Origin: Paraspadella gotoi
Taxonomy: Eukaryota; Animalia; Chaetognatha
Direction: 5' to 3'
DNA length: 10,140 bases
Assembly (NCBI GenBank): GCA_051294375.1
Contig: CM119264.1
Coordinates: forward strand, 4,534,355 to 4,544,494
The notes under the pieces were generated by a model. That model was not told the DNA's origin. It saw nothing but the letters and a program-made list of their open reading frames with translations, and made no database searches. The position numbers and the translations under genes were made by a program. The stretch's first letter is position 1. Each line of letters begins with the position of its first letter. Of this stretch, positions 8,021-10,140 are shown in pieces.

Positions 8021-8095
8021 GACGACGACGACAACGACGACGACGACAACGACGACGACGACAACGACGATGACGAAGACGACGACGACGACGAA
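8021..8095. repeat. (GAC)n microsatellite with 15-bp higher-order unit [(GAC)4 AAC]x3
   Basis: AAC interruptions at 8033, 8048 and 8063, then GAC GAT GAC GAA (GAC)5 GAA. Confidence 0.95.
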
Positions 8096-8158
8096 TTGTT
8101 AAGTATCCACCAGCTGAACCTGCAACTGCGAGACTCTCGCGAATTCTCCTTTTTTTTC

Positions 8159-8190
8159 GTGTGAACCTTTTGTGTGAACCTTTTGTGTGA
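8159..8190. repeat. 13-bp tandem repeat GTGTGAACCTTTT, ~2.5 copies
   Basis: Units at 8159, 8172 and a partial unit at 8185. Confidence 0.9.
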
Positions 8191-8819
8191 GAGCCAATAA
8201 AACCCTTCGGTGATGAACCGTCCCGAATGTTTGCGTTTCACGAGCGAGGAAAGTGAAAAACCCGGACGGCTCACGCCCTCTATTTCGGGTTGTGACGACC
8301 CATTTCACTTTTGTCGGGACCGAAGAGTGAGTAGTGAACGCCTTTCCGTTTGTTGCTCTCGAAAAACAACTCGGCCCGTGCAATAATAAAAAAAGAAAAT
8401 TAGACGGCCTCTCGGCGATACTGATAAGACCAGTTCAGCTTAACTTTTTGCGTCATATTTTTCAAAAGCGCCCCATGTTTTGTTTGTTTAAAATTATCCT
8501 AGCGTTTAAGGCTAAAAATTAGGTCAAAGATTAGATTTATAGATCAAGTTTGGGATTTGGTTAGAGACTAGATTCGATTAGAGATTAGTTATCAGGGTTA
8601 TTATGGATTTTAAAAGAGATTAGGTTAGATACTAATGTTCAAATTAAAGGAATTAAGGAAGCGAAACGTGTCGCTTTCTGAAAATACTTTCAAACTTTTT
8701 AAGCTCAAATTTCGTAAGAATCAGTCAGAGTGGCAAATAGGACAACTTTAAACCCAAATCCACTACGAGTGATTTCGTTTTGTAAAATCCATATCACGCA
8801 ATTCCGGAAATGCAGATCT

Positions 8820-9362
8820 TCTTATTTTCTTTCGCCACATTTCTTTCTATTCTTCTTTCAATTTCTTCTCTTACTTTTTCCTCCCATTTTCTTCTTTATT
8901 TTTTTTCCTTTTAAGTTTTGACCTCTTTTAATGGCCTCTTTCTTTCTCTTCTTCTATTTCTTTTTTCTATACTTTCCTCATTTTCTCCCTTCTCCTTTTT
9001 CTCCCCTTTTTTTCCGATTTCCCCTTTTAATCTCTGCTCAGTGCTCACCCCCCTTTTGCCTCCATAGCCCCTCCTCCATCTTCATCCCCATCGCCCCATC
9101 ACCCCATCACCCTCATTCCCACCCACCCCTCCCCCTCCCCTCCCCCTTTTGTCACGTTTCTCTTCCCCATTTCGTTTCCCCTAATCGGCGCTGACCTCAA
9201 CGTCTCTCGCATTTCCTCTTCTTTCCCTCCTTTTCTCATTCTCCTTTATTTTCTCCTCTATTTCTCTTTTTTCTTTTTTTCCCTTTTTTTTCCTTTATTT
9301 TTTTCTTTATATATCTTTTTTCTTTCTTTTTTTTCCTTTCTTTCTTTTCTATTTTTTTCTCT
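8820..9362. repeat. Polypyrimidine low-complexity region with embedded C-tract cluster
   Basis: T/C dominated; C-runs concentrated at 9048-9146. Confidence 0.85.
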
Positions 9363-9442
9363 ATCATTTCCGAGAAATCCTTCGTCCCTCGAGACCCAAA
9401 AATATCTTCAACTCTATTGTTGCGAGTCTTCGGTCTACGTTC

Positions 9443-9670
9443 TCTATTCTGCGCTCTATTATGTTCTTTATTCTGTTCTCTCTTCTGTTCTCTATTATGT
9501 TCTTTATTCTGTTCTCTCTTCTGTTCTCTATTATGTTCTTTATTCTGTTCTCTATTCTGTTCTCTATTATGTTCTCTATTATGTTTATTATTCTGTTCTT
9601 TATTCTGTTCTATCTTCTGTTCTCTATTCTATTCTCTATCTTGTTCTCTCTTTTGTTCTCTAATCGGTTC
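9443..9670. repeat. 12-bp minisatellite (consensus TCTATTCTGTTC), 19 units, with 36-bp higher-order repeat
   Basis: In-register 12-mers from 9443. The triplet TCTATTATGTTC-TTTATTCTGTTC-TCTCTTCTGTTC repeats about 3 times over 9455-9562. Confidence 0.95.
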
Positions 9671-9913
9671 GCTTATGAAATATCGCACGAGAAATTTAAA
9701 ATTTTCTTCAATCGTTGAGCTTAATGTAGAAGGCGAACGATAAGATTTTTTTTCATAAATAAGTTAAGGAATCAAGATTTTTCCGCTTGTCTATTAAAGT
9801 CGTCACTGGACAATTATCTAAGCTACTTTAAATCATTCCGCAATTTATACTTATCAATCAAAATAGAAACTCTCGCCGGATGTAAATAACCAAAACAGAC
9901 AAGATTCGTTTAA

Positions 9914-10013
9914 GAATCTCTGAAGCTCTTCATTAATCTCTGAAAGTCAAGCTCTGTGAATCCCTGAATCTCTTCATGAATCTCTGAATCTCAAGCTCTA
10001 TGAATCTCTGAAT
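9914..10013. repeat. 44-bp tandem repeat (~2.3 copies) built from TGAATCTC-like subunits
   Basis: 9926-9969 CTCTTCATTAATCTCTGAAAGTCAAGCTCTGTGAATCCCTGAAT versus 9970-10013 CTCTTCATGAATCTCTGAATCTCAAGCTCTATGAATCTCTGAAT. Confidence 0.85.
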
Positions 10014-10140
10014 TTCAGATCCCCTTCATCATTCGCCGAATCTTTTAATCTTCACAAACTCCCCCCTCGCACCCTACCGCGTCACCCTCAGCCCAGCCAA
10101 CACCGCGCCCCGGGCACCGCTACCTCCAGTCGTCCGCTAC

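Noticed and set aside
8519-8630. TTAGG/TTAGA-like words resembling arthropod telomeric repeat
   Set aside because: Scattered and degenerate; no tandem (TTAGG)n array.
6191-9194. F/S/L/P-rich ORFs, including the 207-aa ORF 6564-7187
   Set aside because: Pyrimidine tracts lack stop codons by composition; no recognisable domain.
7385-9667. CTAATCGG recurring at 7385, 9181 and 9660
   Set aside because: Widely spaced, and one copy is just a decayed minisatellite unit; insufficient for a motif claim.
9417-9743. Cys-periodic ORF (CSLF repeats) resembling a metal-binding or membrane peptide
   Set aside because: Fully explained by the 12-bp minisatellite; non-ATG start; an overlapping frame is equally open.

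Overview
AT-rich, microsatellite-dense eukaryotic DNA from a gapped draft assembly, most likely intronic or intergenic sequence of an animal. CpG is not visibly depleted, which is compatible with an arthropod, but the taxon cannot be fixed from this window. No protein-coding gene, RNA gene or CRISPR array is supported: the listed ORFs are translations of simple repeats, purine or pyrimidine tracts, N runs or short AT-rich sequence. The clearest element is a 784-bp non-autonomous Tc1/mariner-type transposon (3702-4485) with 37-bp terminal inverted repeats and a TA target duplication. A ~160-bp tandem duplication (1707-2037) looks like a long-read assembly artefact, because its junction matches the end of the PacBio SMRTbell adapter. 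The rest is micro- and minisatellites, some with higher-order structure, separating short CpG-rich unique islands. These islands carry candidate cis-regulatory signatures (paired CCAAT boxes, three Pho/YY1 motifs, Su(H)-like sites, GC hairpins) and one candidate acidic terminal exon. I see no convincing evidence for a novel biological system; the regulatory and exon calls are hypotheses.
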